Assembly (NCBI GenBank): GCA_050084985.1
Contig: JBITNC010000001.1
Location: forward strand, 167,772,001-167,836,000
Length of the DNA stretch: 64,000 nucleotides
Source of the DNA: Nageia nagi
Lineage: Eukaryota > Plantae > Pinophyta
Reading direction: 5' to 3'
Below the pieces are notes generated by a model. That model was not told the origin of the DNA. It saw only the letters and a list, made by a program, of their open reading frames with translations, and made no database searches. The position numbers and the translations under genes are program-made. The first letter of the stretch is position 1. Each line of letters opens with the position of its first letter. Shown in pieces: positions 26,701-40,500 of the stretch.

Positions 26701-28871
26701 TTATGTAGTTGAAAGTAGTGAGATGTCTTGAATGTTAAATATATTAAATTTAATGTAGTCAAAATTAATAGAGTTACCCAAAAGGGCTAAATATGATGTT
26801 TCTGAAAAAGTTTCTACAAACTTACAAAACTTGGGGCATCTTTTATGTATACAAAATTAAATCTTACAAAAGAATTGGTACACATCAAAATTTATGGGCT
26901 TTGCAAGATAAAAAAACTTTATATGAGAAACAAAGATAATAGTGCACAACAAACAAATTCAGAAATTGGAATGAATAGGAATCTTTGCATTAAAAAAAAA
27001 ACAAAAATTATCTACATATAAGTTTACCCATAATCTCTTTTTCTCCTTCCCTCTCTTTACTAATGCTAGTTAATTTCACTTTATAACATGTTTGTTTTGG
27101 TCCTCTTGAATTTTGAATTTCAATCACCCATCTAGTAATGAATGGCATTTGTAAATCTCATTGAGTTGTTTGGGATTCTCCAATGTGGAAAGTTAGTTGT
27201 TTCCCCTCTTTTTCTATTTTTCTAGGATTCCTTCGTTTGTGACTTTGCTTAAATATGTTTTTTTTCATGAGTTAAACTACAAGAATCGGTAACTAGTTAC
27301 ATTATTCTTCGACTTGTCATGGGTTTAAATATTGCTCTTGTTGCCACTATAACCTCCAATTGTACTAGGGTAAAGTTCTTAACATAACTAATGGTGCTAG
27401 CATGACACACCCTTCAATTCTACAAAACTTGAAGGATTTGAGCTTGGGTCAATGCCTCTTCATGGGCATGGATTGATCACCAAGTCCAACCCTCAAGCAT
27501 CCCTATATATGCCCTTTACAATGGTCACTATCAAAGATAATCAAAGAAATTGTAAAGGCATATTTCATAGCGACATCAATGAAGAGGTTTCACTACAAGT
27601 TAACTAGATACACTATTGATTGTCTTTTCTTTCAAAGCTAGAAAGAGAACTTGTATTGGTAGATTTCGTAGTGATAATAATTAATTGTTTGTGTTGTGAG
27701 TTCACTAGATACACCATTAGTTGGCATACCTCCAAAGCTAAATAGAGAAATTATAGTTGTACCTTTTGTAATGCTATAAATTGATTGGATATGCATTTAT
27801 CATTGTCGTTTCCAAAGATACACATAGGATTTGTACTTTTATCTTTTGTTGCAACAATGATAAATGTTGTTGGGACAAAAGTCAAACATATAATTTTCCT
27901 TCAAAAACTTGGAAAAATTGTTTCAGCTTCCTTCATATTTCAAAGTTACACAACAAAATAAGAGAAAAACATTGAAAATAAATTCTCTTCCATCACAACA
28001 TTGCTTCATTATCTCAAATAATCTTACGAGGAAAGTTGTCAAGAAATATTACATAAGTTAATTATTTATGTTACCTAGATATCTTATTTAATTTTAATAT
28101 AATCATTTATTTATTAAATGATATAAGTATCATAAAGAATAATTTATAGCTATATGTTGCTTGTATATTAATGATAATCAAAAATTACATTTTTCCCTAC
28201 TTAATTTATTTTATTCATATTTAATCTTGACAGGATCCATTACATAATGATCATATATTAAATTCTCTTAAGATGTATGAAAAAGTTCAGATTATCATTT
28301 CATTGTTACTTCATCAACTCATCATAATTCATTGTAATTCATCAATTCATCCAAGCTCATTCTAAATCATGAATTATTTGTATTTGTGATTTTTTGTTGT
28401 AAACTTATAGAACTAAATAAATTTTACTATCATTAAGATAATGATTCTAAATATTTATTTTAATATTATCATTAATAATCAAAATAGCAAAATAGCAATA
28501 ACCATGTCAAAGATTCAACTATAGCATGCAAAATTAAAATAACTATTGAAATTTTATAATAAAACTATTGTCACACACAGAAATTTGATCAGACAATGTG
28601 AGGTGGCCATGCAGCTATGCAAAATATAATTGACATCATTGAAATCCTGTAACAATCATTTCGGCCATTCCTCAAACTCCACAACATAGGGAGTCCCATT
28701 GTAGCTTCTAATGTGGAGTCCAGTCCAAGACATTTCTATGTAAGAAAGGAAACGATAGGTCCCCCTCAGCCAGCTGATCCTGCTCTTTTTCATTCGGAGG
28801 CAGACACGATCATACACCTGAATGGTTTTTTCATATGGCAATTGACAACTTCGTATTCCAAGAACTCTTGA

Positions 28872-28931
28872 AAGATCAGGAAAGAGTAAGAATAAAAGTA
28901 GAAGATCAGGAAAGAGTAAGAATACAAGTAG
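28872..28931 (+). repeat. 30 bp tandem duplication forming the polypyrimidine tract of the candidate terminal exon
   Basis: AAGATCAGGAAAGAGTAAGAATA(A/C)AAGTAG twice, one mismatch. Confidence 0.9.
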
Positions 28932-29699
28932 AATTTATTATGTTTATATATTGTTGATCCATTTTAGAAACTTGTAATGTCACCCAGCTTATGTTACTTC
29001 TTACGTTCAGATGAGGTTTTTACAATTTTTTATCTCACCGACATCGGAAAATTCTTAATTGGTTTTCAAATCATATTTTTGTTCATCATTCATCAATAAA
29101 ACTGTAATGACATTTCTTGTCTAGCTATATTATGAATTCAAAGTCTATTTTATTTCAAAAATCAACAAATTCACTTAGCAAAACAATTTTAAGGACAATC
29201 AAGATTTAATTTGTAATAATCTAACATTTAGACAAGAAACTTATAATTAGATATGAACTTTTGAAATCTTTTTAACTATATAAATTTTTTATGTATAACT
29301 TTACGTTTGTTTATAACATAATATTACATAAAAGCATCTATTCATAAAATGCATTGGAAAATTGTGTTTTAGTTGTTGGGGTTTATTTATTATTGAGAAG
29401 ACTTAAGATATTGAAGGAGACTTTTTTTTTTTTAGGAATGTAAGCATTGATATTTCAATTGTCTTTTTTTAAATCAATATCATGGAAGATAAAGGAAATC
29501 TAAGAGAATCCAAATCTAAGTTCATGAGTATAGTAAATCACCACTCACTTATCAACTTAATATTTCTATAAAAAAGTACAAGTTTCCTCTAATAACACCT
29601 TAATTTACAAATACTCATTAAACAACAATTCTTTTTTATATATTTCAATAACAACTTTTTTTTATAAAGGGTAAATAGGTGGATTTTATCAAGGACCTA

Positions 29700-30430
29700 T
29701 ACAACTTTTTTAAAGATTTAGCTTTTATGGATCTGTTACAACTTGTTGCTTCTCAGTTGTAGCCATGTTTATGAACCAATTCTTTGCATAATGTGATCTT
29801 CTGCACATAGATATTGTTACATGAATATTATCCCAAGCAATGTACTTTGCTATTTTCATCCAAGTATGATCTTTATTCAATCTCATTGTTCTTCGAAGGA
29901 TCCAATTGGCAAAGTGAAAATATTAGATTCCTAACGCTTACTACAACCCCAAAAAAAAGTTGCAACCTCATAATGTGAATTATAAAGCATCATAATCAAG
30001 TACAATAGAGAAATATTGAATTAATCTTCCAACCAACACATCAATCCAACAATCCATATTGAGTTAAAAGAAGCATCTTCACTTGTGCACAAAGCTCCAA
30101 AGATCACCAACATTGATTATAGGGTTTGCAAGACAATGAGTGCAATATTATTTTGAAAAAATTAGTTCTACATATAAAGCTTAATATGGAAGGTCGATCT
30201 AGATGGGCCTTTAAAGGCAATCTTGAACTAGTTGATGGGAACTTAGGGTTTGTGATTTTAGGATTTATGATTACAATATGAGTAGATAATTGGTCTAATA
30301 ATAATATAAAAGTTTGAGCCATTTTCATTGGCATGTAAAAGGTATGTTGATTGAGATGGAATCAAATTATATCATAGATTCAAATTTGTAAATCATGATC
30401 AATAAGGAAGGTAGTTGATTAGCTAGCAAG
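29700..30430 (+). mobile_element. Very decayed L1 3' fragment (RNase H-like)
   Basis: IKLNMEG..AFKGN..G resembles the KLNFDGASKGNPG motif of plant L1 RNase H, with an NN..AI-like segment downstream. It lies in candidate intron 3. Confidence 0.45.
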
Positions 30431-30933
30431 ATTATACCTTTGAAGGTGTCTTTCCTCTACTCTTAATCATAATGACTATACAATTCAATGATATGATTGT
30501 TTTAATAATCTTTATGATGTATTTTTATTGATCTAACAAAAAAAGTAGTATATCATGAACAAATATTCAAAACTAATAAATACAAATCATTCATCTATCT
30601 ATCCATTAATCTATAAATTTATTATATATCCAACCATCTATGTATGCATCTATCTATAACCTTTATTAATCATATATACTATTAAGTTCAGTAAATTACA
30701 ATAAACTTAGTATGTGCTAATTAATATAAATATTACATCACACATTTTTTTTTAAAATATATCAAAATCTTTTTAAATTTTGACAAAGTAAATCCAAGGA
30801 CCTATTCGCCCCTCCTGTCACCTTACACCAGACATGTCCTGACATCCTTAGTTGGTAAATCTTAGGCCCATCCCCTTTCCAACAAAAATTCATTCGATCC
30901 TTTTCCAACAAAAAAACTATCCTAAGCTGACAA

Positions 30934-31047
30934 GATCTTATTATTATTCTCAAAGAAGGATCCTATTATAATGCTTCCTAGAGAAAGATCCTTTCCTGAA
31001 GATCATAATAAGATCGTTCTCTAGGAAAGTTCGTAATAGGATCCTTC
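30934..31047. repeat. GATC-delimited inverted array A-B-A'-B' forming a hairpin
   Basis: GATC at 30934, 30959, 30987, 31012 and 31040 (spacing 25, 28, 25, 28). 30955-30990 vs reverse complement of 31012-31047 matches 30/36 ungapped. 30934-30962 vs reverse complement of 30987-31015 matches 23/29 ungapped. Confidence 0.9.
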
Positions 31048-31463
31048 CTACATCATATGACTTTTTACCTAAAAAGGATTGAACCTAGATTTACTGGCGA
31101 TGTTATATTAACAGGACAATTTATAAATAACGTATACAGCTACACTTTACCAATCCAGGTATCAAAATTACAGCCAAGGGAGCTGTAAATAATATCCCCT
31201 TGAAAATGGCTTAAAGCTATTCTCTGCTACTATATCTGCATGAAATACTCTACAAACCTTATTATGACAATAGAACATTTTAACGTTTAACAAAAGAAAA
31301 AAGAACATTTTAACGTCAATCTCGAGATGATTCATAAAATTTCAACTGCAATGACAAAATCCAGCATATCCAAACTGCCAACTACACAGAATAACCTCTC
31401 CAAATTTGAAATTATCTCTAAGTGGTATTGTTCAGGCACAAAATAACCTGTCAGCCTCGTCTC

Positions 31464-31471
31464 TATTTATA
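31464..31471 (-). promoter_or_regulatory. TATA box candidate (TATAAATA)
   Basis: TATAAATAG on the - strand in a CpG-retaining patch, ~70 bp upstream of the first candidate donor. Confidence 0.45.
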
Positions 31472-31843
31472 TGCTGCTGCTTCGTATTCCTCCTATTGTT
31501 GTTGATAAGCAGGATTTGGCTTCTACGAGTGTAAACATCGCAAACATTTGAGATTCTATTTTAGTTCATACTGTTAAAACGCGACTCAATCGACCATAAT
31601 ATAAATCGCAAGGTTTGCAAGTCATCCAACTAGTGATTTTTTTTTCCTTCAAATTTAAATGCATAATTAAATATAGTTCCCATTTGGTTCTTCTTCTTCG
31701 ATAATGCTTTAATATTGCTCAAATGTTTTTTTTTTTCAACTCATCAAAATCTATCTAGAATTGGAATCAAACTTCAATCCCCACTTGTAATATATATAAA
31801 TATATACGGAATTCGATAATCCTATATAATGGAAGACCTAGTC

Positions 31844-31870
31844 TATATATATATATATATATATATATAT
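31844..31870. repeat. (TA)n microsatellite
   Basis: About 13 TA units. A similar run lies at ~38866-38889. Confidence 0.95.
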
Positions 31871-32254
31871 GGAATTCTATAATTCTTTATAAATTCATTT
31901 GCAATACATTCATTCAATTCGACGAGATATGGAGGATACCTAGCATTATCTAGGGAATAACTTTGATTATTATGCCATAAATTCATTTCTTAATATTCCT
32001 TTAATTTGATAATATTTATATTTAATAAATTTATTTATATTTGATATAGTAGAACACTTAATTTTATTTAATAAAACTTTTGAATTTTGGTCTTATTTAA
32101 CTCTTTTAGTAATCTAAAGAAGAATTTGATAGAGCAATTGTAAGATAACTCTATAATAACATTATAATACAAAACATCTCTTTACAATTCATAAGTACAA
32201 TAGTCCAATTTATACCAATATGAATTTTGCATCCAAATGATTGATTGTCACTAT

Positions 32255-32575
32255 AGCAATTTATACCCGTCATGTCCAATGTATACTTCACAAATTAGAT
32301 ATGCTTTTACATTCATATGATTAGTCACCATTATCAAATTATAGTTACATTCTTTGAGACCACTTGAAAGCAATTTTTACCCCTCATGACCCATCCATAT
32401 TAGAACAAATTGGATAACCTTAACAAATATATACTTGCACAACTTGGATAAGCCTTCACAATCATATGATTAACTTCATCACTATCAAATCATTGTTCCA
32501 TGCTTTAAAATCATTCAAAAGGAATTTTTACCCCTTGTGACCAATCTATATTTTCATAAATTGGATAACCTTAAT
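32255..32575 (+). repeat. Degenerate direct repeats (~115-150 bp, 3 partial copies)
   Basis: CAATTT.TACCC.TCATG.CC..AAATTGGATAA recurs at ~32257, ~32371 and ~32522. Confidence 0.7.
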
Positions 32576-34949
32576 AGAATATTAAAAATTCTTTTATATC
32601 AATTATTGAGAAAGTCTAGAACTTAAATTATACAATAGATACTTATCTAGAACAACATTTTGGATGTTAGGTACTTAAACTTAGTGTTGATCATACTTTT
32701 ATTAACACTTAATATTTCTTAATAATATGGTCATGAACTTAACTCTTAGTTGTAAGTGTTGTATTGATATGGATTGATCCATTTGTAAAATTTTATTAGA
32801 GGATTTATTTTTTCATGAACTATGGTCTACCTTTCAAGGGATGATAAGTGTATTCCTTAATGATTATGAAAAAGTTAATATTTTCCCTTTCCTAAAATAT
32901 ATTATATCAATGAATTAAATTATGGCCTTATACTCTTTTATTATTATGATTATTGAGCTTAATTACTCACCCAAATTCTTGTAGATTATTTATTCTTCTA
33001 TTTTTTTACGTTTTTTTTCTTTCTATTATTTTTATGTGGAATTTTCTAATATTTAATTCTTTGGAAATCTTGAATAACTCATCATGGTAGAAGGTTTATT
33101 CAAAGATTTCATAAATGATGAATTGAAGGATGAAGGTTTCTATAATGGTTAAAACTAATTTCATAATTTTAGGAGTTAGAATATCATATATAAAAATTAC
33201 TGAATTAAATTGAAGAAGAGGATATTTTGAACATGTGATATATATTATAACAATGTTTATATTATGTGAAAATTAACTAAGTAAAAAAACTATTTAATTA
33301 ACATAGTATATTATGGTAATGATTATATTATATAAAAATTGATGAAGTACTTAAACATAATTAATTAACATAACATACTATGATAATGATAAGTAATGTG
33401 GAGATATATAAAGATAAAAATTAAGATTAAAAAATATCAGTATATATTTGATGATACTTACTTGACTTAACTTAGACCTTAAATCTTGATTCATCCTTAG
33501 ATCTTACTTAACCTAGGCCTTGAAATAAGGAAATCAAATATTAAATTCATCCATATTAATAAGTGTATTTTAAGATTTTACCTTATTAGGTGAGATCCTT
33601 TATGAGTGGTAAAATATCATTTTTTTTATTCAAGTACTTAAAATATAAATTATTAAAATAAAAAATACATTAATAAAAGTACTCAAGCTTGAGGAACCAA
33701 ATTTTTTGAAGATATTGTGATATGTCCTTAAAACATCATAGAAATATTCATGAATGTTAAAGTGATCTTTTAACATTATCCATTGAAATTTTATAATGAT
33801 ATGAAAATCAAAATAATAAAGTATTAAATAATATGATAATTCTTTTAAGAACTATTATGATTTATTATTAATTTTATAACTTACAAAAATATGAAGATAA
33901 ATAAATGATCTAGGCATCTTGAATACTTGGTGGGAGTATTATGATAGATTTGTACACCCTTTTAGAATATATAAAAGCTAGTGTCTTATACTAATATGAA
34001 GTGGGATTATAAAATCCATTAGTTTAGGATGAAATTGGTTCTAATTTTGCCCAGCCCTTAAATAATTATTCTATAACTTTATGATTTATCATAAAATATT
34101 GCTCCTTAATGAGCTTTTTGAACCATAATAATTATCAAACATAATATATAAATTGTTAGTTTATAATTGAGAAACAACCATAAGTAATATATTAGGGCCT
34201 TAAGTTTTAAATGAGATATAATACAATCTAGAAAAGAAAGAGAAAATTGGGTGAATCCCTGAGAAATACAATAGACTCACCTAATCTATTCAATTCTTGT
34301 TACACCAAAGTACACTTGTAGAAGAAAATTACCCAAGATCTCTAGTTTGAGTTTAATCAAACAAATTGATAAACCAAAGGAACAACTGTGCTTAGCTAAA
34401 GCTCATAAAGTAATACTCAAGATTGAAACTCTTATAACATGACTCCAATGTATCTTGAATGCTGCAACATTACCATTCATGATATAAAAGATATGGAGAA
34501 AATTCACACAACATTCTATTGATACGAATCAAATTACATTACAAGACTCCTATGTATATTATGGTAGAATATCACACTACTCACATATGACTATATTCTC
34601 ACATATTTCTCAACACTACACTACTATAGAGCTCTCAACAAATGAGAGATCTACATACCCAATTCATTACACAACCTTATATAGAATTTCTGAGTCACTA
34701 CCAAGCAAGTAGTGGTCAATAATGCATTAATATTTAATAATCATGAAGTAAATGAACCACTAACTATTAAGATCAAAATAAGAAAAATGCCTAAAAAAAG
34801 CCTAAATACAGCAAACAAGAAACCAAATGCTAAACTCATATTATCACACATAATCCTATAAAATGCATTCCAATATTTTTTGATCACACATAATTTGACC
34901 AAACTCTTATGATCTTGAGATGAACCCATTTTTACAAAATCTTGATTGA

Positions 34950-37090
34950 ATGTTGTGATCCATAGACAAACACATACGGTCTAGAAATGATGACTATGTT
35001 CAGTAGTGAATTGCGATCATACTATATTGTGTGATTCTACAAAAGAGAGATGTTTAAGACCAAAATTTGCAAGCTTTAATATGTTAGGAAGGCTAGGTTT
35101 CAAAAGACCCTAGTTTTTTACTATTTTATAGATTTTAGGAAGGTTTTTGATATCATCCCATGTCACATACTAATGGATAGACTTAGATGATTAGGGATCC
35201 CCAAGATAGGCCTTACAACCATATTGAACCTATATGAGTAAGTTTCAAGGAGGGTAAATACTATAAAGGGCCTATCTAACATGATCTACAACACCATTAG
35301 GGTGAAAAAAGGTTTCCCACTTTCTTCAACTCTCTTCGATCTCTATATTGATGAGCTAGAGTTACTTATACTTGAGACTATGAGCATTAACACTAGGCAT
35401 CTTATCCATCATACTTGTGTTCCTATCCTCCTCTTTTTTGATGTTATTGTATTACTCTCTCACATTGCAAAAGGTCTTCAGCATTTGATGGATACCCTTG
35501 AGTTGTTCAACACCAGACAGGACTTGGTAGTTAATCTCAATAAAACCAATATTATGGTCTTCAACACCTCGAAGGTCATTATTGATCAAACTCATATCAC
35601 TTATAGATATAGGGATATTAATATCACCACATCTTACACCTACTTAGGAGTACTCTTCATGGGACTTCAATTCTCTATGCAATCAATAGCCCCACCTAGA
35701 GTTCAATGTGAATATATAGTAGTTTCCTCCATGGAGAGATAGTGTGTCCAACTCCATTTTTAGGATATACCATCCAACCTTTAGTTATTCTACATATTGG
35801 TCACTCCCATAATATTATATGGTTCTAAGGTTTGGGACCCTAGCTTAAGGAGCTTAGATTGCGCCACAGTTAAGAGGCTTTTGGTTTGCACCCTATCCTG
35901 CTCTATTCAAATCAAGAGGTCTATTTTGTACCACATTATGTTAGCAAAGTTTGGCTACCTACCTTTATATATATAGTCCCTTGCATTGATGGTCCTCTTT
36001 CTCCATCATCTCCACTCCTTTACTTCTAAGGGTCAAGATGATTGACTCCCCTATAGAGCCTTGGCATCATCCATGGACTTGAAAGTTCAAGGCTATCATT
36101 CATGTTGGTTATCTTAGGTCTTTAAGGTATTGCATCACCTCGAGTTCTCACCAGACTAATAATCTATACTCCAAGGAGAAACTAATAGGTACCTTGAAGT
36201 TATGTTGGCTTTGATAAGAGACATGCTTTATAGGGCTTTTATTCAGTACACTCGGGTTACCCCTAGTCTCCCCTCACACCCAAGTTGTTGCATTACTCAC
36301 ATCACTTCTTAAGGGTTGACAGAGGGTTGATTTGACCTCCTACTTATGTCAGTTTACACCTCCCTATTGGCTTATGGATGTTCCTAGGCTAATTTATAGT
36401 TTGCTCCCATCAACTTCAAATTGAGTTGGATCACCACTTGGCACATGAACTTTGAGTATGTTGATTATGCTTGATGGAGCCTGAGATTGAAGATCATTTC
36501 ATCTTTCAATGTTTGATTTATTATGAGATTTGGGGGTAGTATCAATGTCTTTTTTAGGATTTACATAGCTTGATCTTGACATTATTCTAGTTCTCAAACC
36601 ATGGATGTTTAGCACTCTATCTTAGAGAGACTTTCCTTCTCAAGAAGCATCTATTATTCGACTCTCAACACCTGATAGGAGATCACTTGATTACCTCTTT
36701 CTTCTAGATTATCTTTGGAGAGGAAGTTCGTAGGTGGAGGATTACTGACCCACCTTAGCATACTCAATGTACTAGATAAAGGGTGCATGTTGACCTTAGT
36801 TCTATGAGGTCACAATGGATCATGACCTTCTTTAGTCATAGCAGCATTGACATAAACATAGATCAGTCCAAAAGGGCATAGTCAAATAGATCATGGTAGA
36901 CCTTTCCTTATGCTTCTTTGTTTGACTGTTTACCCCCCTCTTGGAACTAGTCCTTATTTTGTTCTTAGATTTTTAGTTTGCTTTGAATGAGTGCCATTAT
37001 GCCCTTCATGTTGCTTTAGATTTGTACACTCTTCAATCCTATTGATCACTTTTGGTCATTAATGAACATTAATATAATTTCTTTCTTTCT
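34950..37090 (+). mobile_element. 5'-truncated non-L1 LINE (RTE-X/CR1-like RT with C-terminal CCHC)
   Basis: FIDFRKVFD, VKKGFPLSSTLFDLYIDEL, LLFFDVIVLL (FADD position), VNLNKTNIMVF, YTYLGV, LYGSKVW, SHQLQIE, C.LC..EDHFIFQC..Y. Ends in a (TTTC)n tail at ~37078-37090. Confidence 0.85.
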
Positions 37091-37269
37091 AAAAATCCCT
37101 ACAAGCTAAAATAATATTACATCAAAAAGTCATGAATGAGGAAAAAAATCAATTTAAATTTCGATCTAAATTATTTTCTTCGTAGTTTAGCCAAATACCA
37201 CTAAAAATGATTATCAAAGATCTCAAACTTTTAGTCACTTATTAACCCAATAGGTGAGCTAGATCTTAG

Positions 37270-37283
37270 GCTCTTATACCACT
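37270..37283 (-). mobile_element. tRNA-iMet-type primer binding site of an older LTR element whose LTR (~37285-43420) hosts the next insertion
   Basis: TGGTATAAGAGC on the - strand, one mismatch to TGGTATCAGAGC. Confidence 0.5.
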
Positions 37284-37518
37284 AAAATATTTCATACTAG
37301 GGCTAATCTAGAATCATGCCAAAGGGGCTCTCAAAAATAACCAAAATTCACCAATAATTCCAATTAAATCATTTATACCCAAAAACCCCTATCCAAGCTC
37401 CAAAATGCAAACATCTAGTCTCTAAGGGCCAAATTAGCTAACCAAAACCAATGTTTGTGTCCAAGATGACCCAACGTCCAACTTGAAGTGCACAAACTTA
37501 GTAATTAAGCATGGATAA

Positions 37519-40500
37519 TATTAGACACCTAAAAATTAATTTATTATATATTAATAAATTATAATTTAAGCATCTATGCTATATATTATTTAACTCATGA
37601 AAATATCTATAATATCAAGATTAATGTGCTAATTAAACACTAAACATGTACTAATCAAGACTAATATCTCTTAATCATATTTATATTTAGAATTATCTTG
37701 AAAATATCATTAATATTGCATGTTCTTATATAATTATATTGAAATAATTATTATTCTTCTAAAGTTGGCTCTCTCTCTCTCTTTTGTCCTTGTAGGTATA
37801 AAAGGAGATGCACAATACAATATCCCCTATCAAATCTATATGATAAGTGGTTATCCATACATCAACTAATACATTTACAATGTATTTAAATACCACATAT
37901 ATGAGAATTTGCTATGCTCTGAGATTTATCTACTTGCTATCTTTTATGCACATCCTAATTCTGTAGGTTTTAAGATGTTAATATCATGACTCTAAACTAT
38001 TCACACATCACCCACATGGTGCTTCTTTGCGATCCAAGGCTACAAATTTGGAGGGTGTTGAGCATTGATCTAGGTAATTCAAATATCATTATGAATCTAT
38101 TCTAAATTCGATCCAATCCTCCACATAATCATGCCATATCTTGAGGATTGCTTACTTCTCATATCAGGTGCACACTTTCTTGGTTTTATTTAGACAACAT
38201 TGATAAGTGATTTGCACCATATATTGTAGATTTATGTTTATTGTATTTATTGTAGTAAATCATAATTTAGAGTCTGGATATTGGTGAACCTCAACTAATC
38301 TTACAAACATTAGAATTTTTATTTTAGGGCATTGCTTTTTCTATGGATTCTTGTGTTAGAAACCCTAGGTTTTTTTTTTGTTGAATTAATTTTTCCCAAA
38401 TTTAAAAAATTTAATTACTTTGAAAAAAAATTTATTATCCTAAAAAATGCCACTGTAGAAAAACCTACATTTTGGAGGTCATTTCCTTCAAATAATTGAG
38501 ATCTAGCATTAGAAATTTTTTATCCAAACCATAGAAAATATAATTGATTTTTTTATCATTCTACGTCTAGATTTGCATATTTTAACCAATTTTGAGAAAT
38601 TTTTTGTAGAAAACGTCACATTGAAAAAAATCTAAATTTACAAAATATTTTGCAATTATTTGATTACTTGTTTCATGATAAAAACTTACCAAAACCATAT
38701 TTCATCATAATAGGAAACTTTTTTAAATGAATTTGGGTTTACTGCATGTATTTTTATCAAAATTTCTAGATATTTTCAAATAAAATATTTTTACATTCAA
38801 AATTGAATTTTGAAGGTTATTTTTTGAATTTCGAAAGTTCTAGCATCATAAAACTTGTCCCACATTATATATATATATATATATATATACATGCTAGCAA
38901 CTTATTTTAAATTTTGTATGATGTATAAGTGTTTAATTTATCATATTTCTTAAATTTTTATGCAAAAATATTGATCTTGCAATTTAGCATGGCTAATACA
39001 AGTGATTTTCTTGAATTTTTGAATATGTTAAGTGATACATTTGTACCTTATCTTAAATAAGAAATGATTAAAAATATGAATGTTGTGCAAAGTACCAATA
39101 GAACATAATTTTATGATGAAATTAGTTTATCAAATTCATGTTTAAATAATGATGATATGCAAAATGATGTAGAAAATCAAGAGAATGATAATGATAGTGA
39201 TAGTCATAGTGATGATGTCATATGGCTGAAATTGATTATGATGAAATTGATTGAGATGTATGATATTGTATTTGAAAATTTATCATCCCAAGATCAACTC
39301 AAAAAAATTTAAAGGCATATATTAGCCAACCCTTCTTTGATTTTAGGAATTTATACTAATATTTATTTAAAGAAAAAAAATCATGCATTTCTAAGGAAAG
39401 AACTGGATTCACTATTAAAATATCCATATTCAATATAGAAAACAAAAATATTGATCCCTTGTGAAGTATGTATTCAAGATTTTTATGCTTAATTATAAGT
39501 TCGAACAAGAATCTTTTAAACTATTACCTCAAGCCTCACAAATTCAAAAGATTGATCAACTTGAAGAATAAATATTAATGGAAAATGATGGTATGCATGA
39601 ATTTTTAGAGTTATATCACTCTAGTTTTCATAATATTATGCATGAATAAGTTTCAGTTTAGTTACATCCAATTGAGATTCGGTAACAAGAATATAAAAAA
39701 TTAAAAATATTGATCTTTTAAAAAGTATCAATATAAGATTGAAATTCTTAATACAATTTTGCAAGATGGAATGCTTAGTGAATTGCCCTAGTTTGCATAG
39801 GTTGACTTCATTGATATTCTTGAAAAAGTAGCAACATAGCTAGATCATGAGAAAGCAATAGAAATTTGAAATAAAGAACTACAAATTTTTATGAAAAATG
39901 TAGTAAAAATCATGGTGGTGATTTTGCCACCCTCTAGTATATTATAGTTTCTAAGATTACATATCATATAGGATGCATCTCATATAGGCTTTCACTTTCA
40001 TAGGTTGTATATCATTTGAGTCAACACCATGCATGCATTTGGTTACCATAGTAATTCTTATCAAAATTTTCAATCTTGCTATATTCACATCTTCATCTTT
40101 TCAATCACTTTCTATTTTTTTTTTATAAATATTTCCATCCTCATCATTTCATCATGTCTTCTTTCATCAAATGCTTTTCTTATCTTTATCTCTTGTCAAT
40201 ATTTTCAAATTTTCCATGTTAAATAAATGTCTCATGTCCAGATTAGTTTTGTGTCTAGTTATTGCATCCCATATTAGTTGCATTTCATGAAAAATTTCAA
40301 AAATAAAAATAAACAAGAATGATTAGCATATGAATAGGTACAAGAATCAGAATCAAAATAAAGTGGATATAGTCTTGGTTGGGGAAGTTTCAATTTCAGC
40401 TAGGGGTAGTTTCAATTTCATCTGAGGGTAGTATAAATTTCAACTAGGGGTAGTATCAATTTCAGCTAGGTGGAGTAAAAGGTAGTAATTCAAAGATCAA

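Larger units (their letters stand above)
28656..31435 (-). pseudogene. Putative 4-exon transcription unit: disrupted small secreted-type protein gene, or pri-miRNA/lncRNA
   Basis: Candidate GT-AG introns 31395-31236, 31150-31069 and 30801-28867. The last joins ORFs 30762-30953 and 28656-28841 in phase (AAT AG|A GTT). There is a polypyrimidine tract before 28866, an upstream TATA box, and CpG/CHG retention in the exons. No AUG precedes the hydrophobic leader, and exon 3 is frameshifted. Confidence 0.45.
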
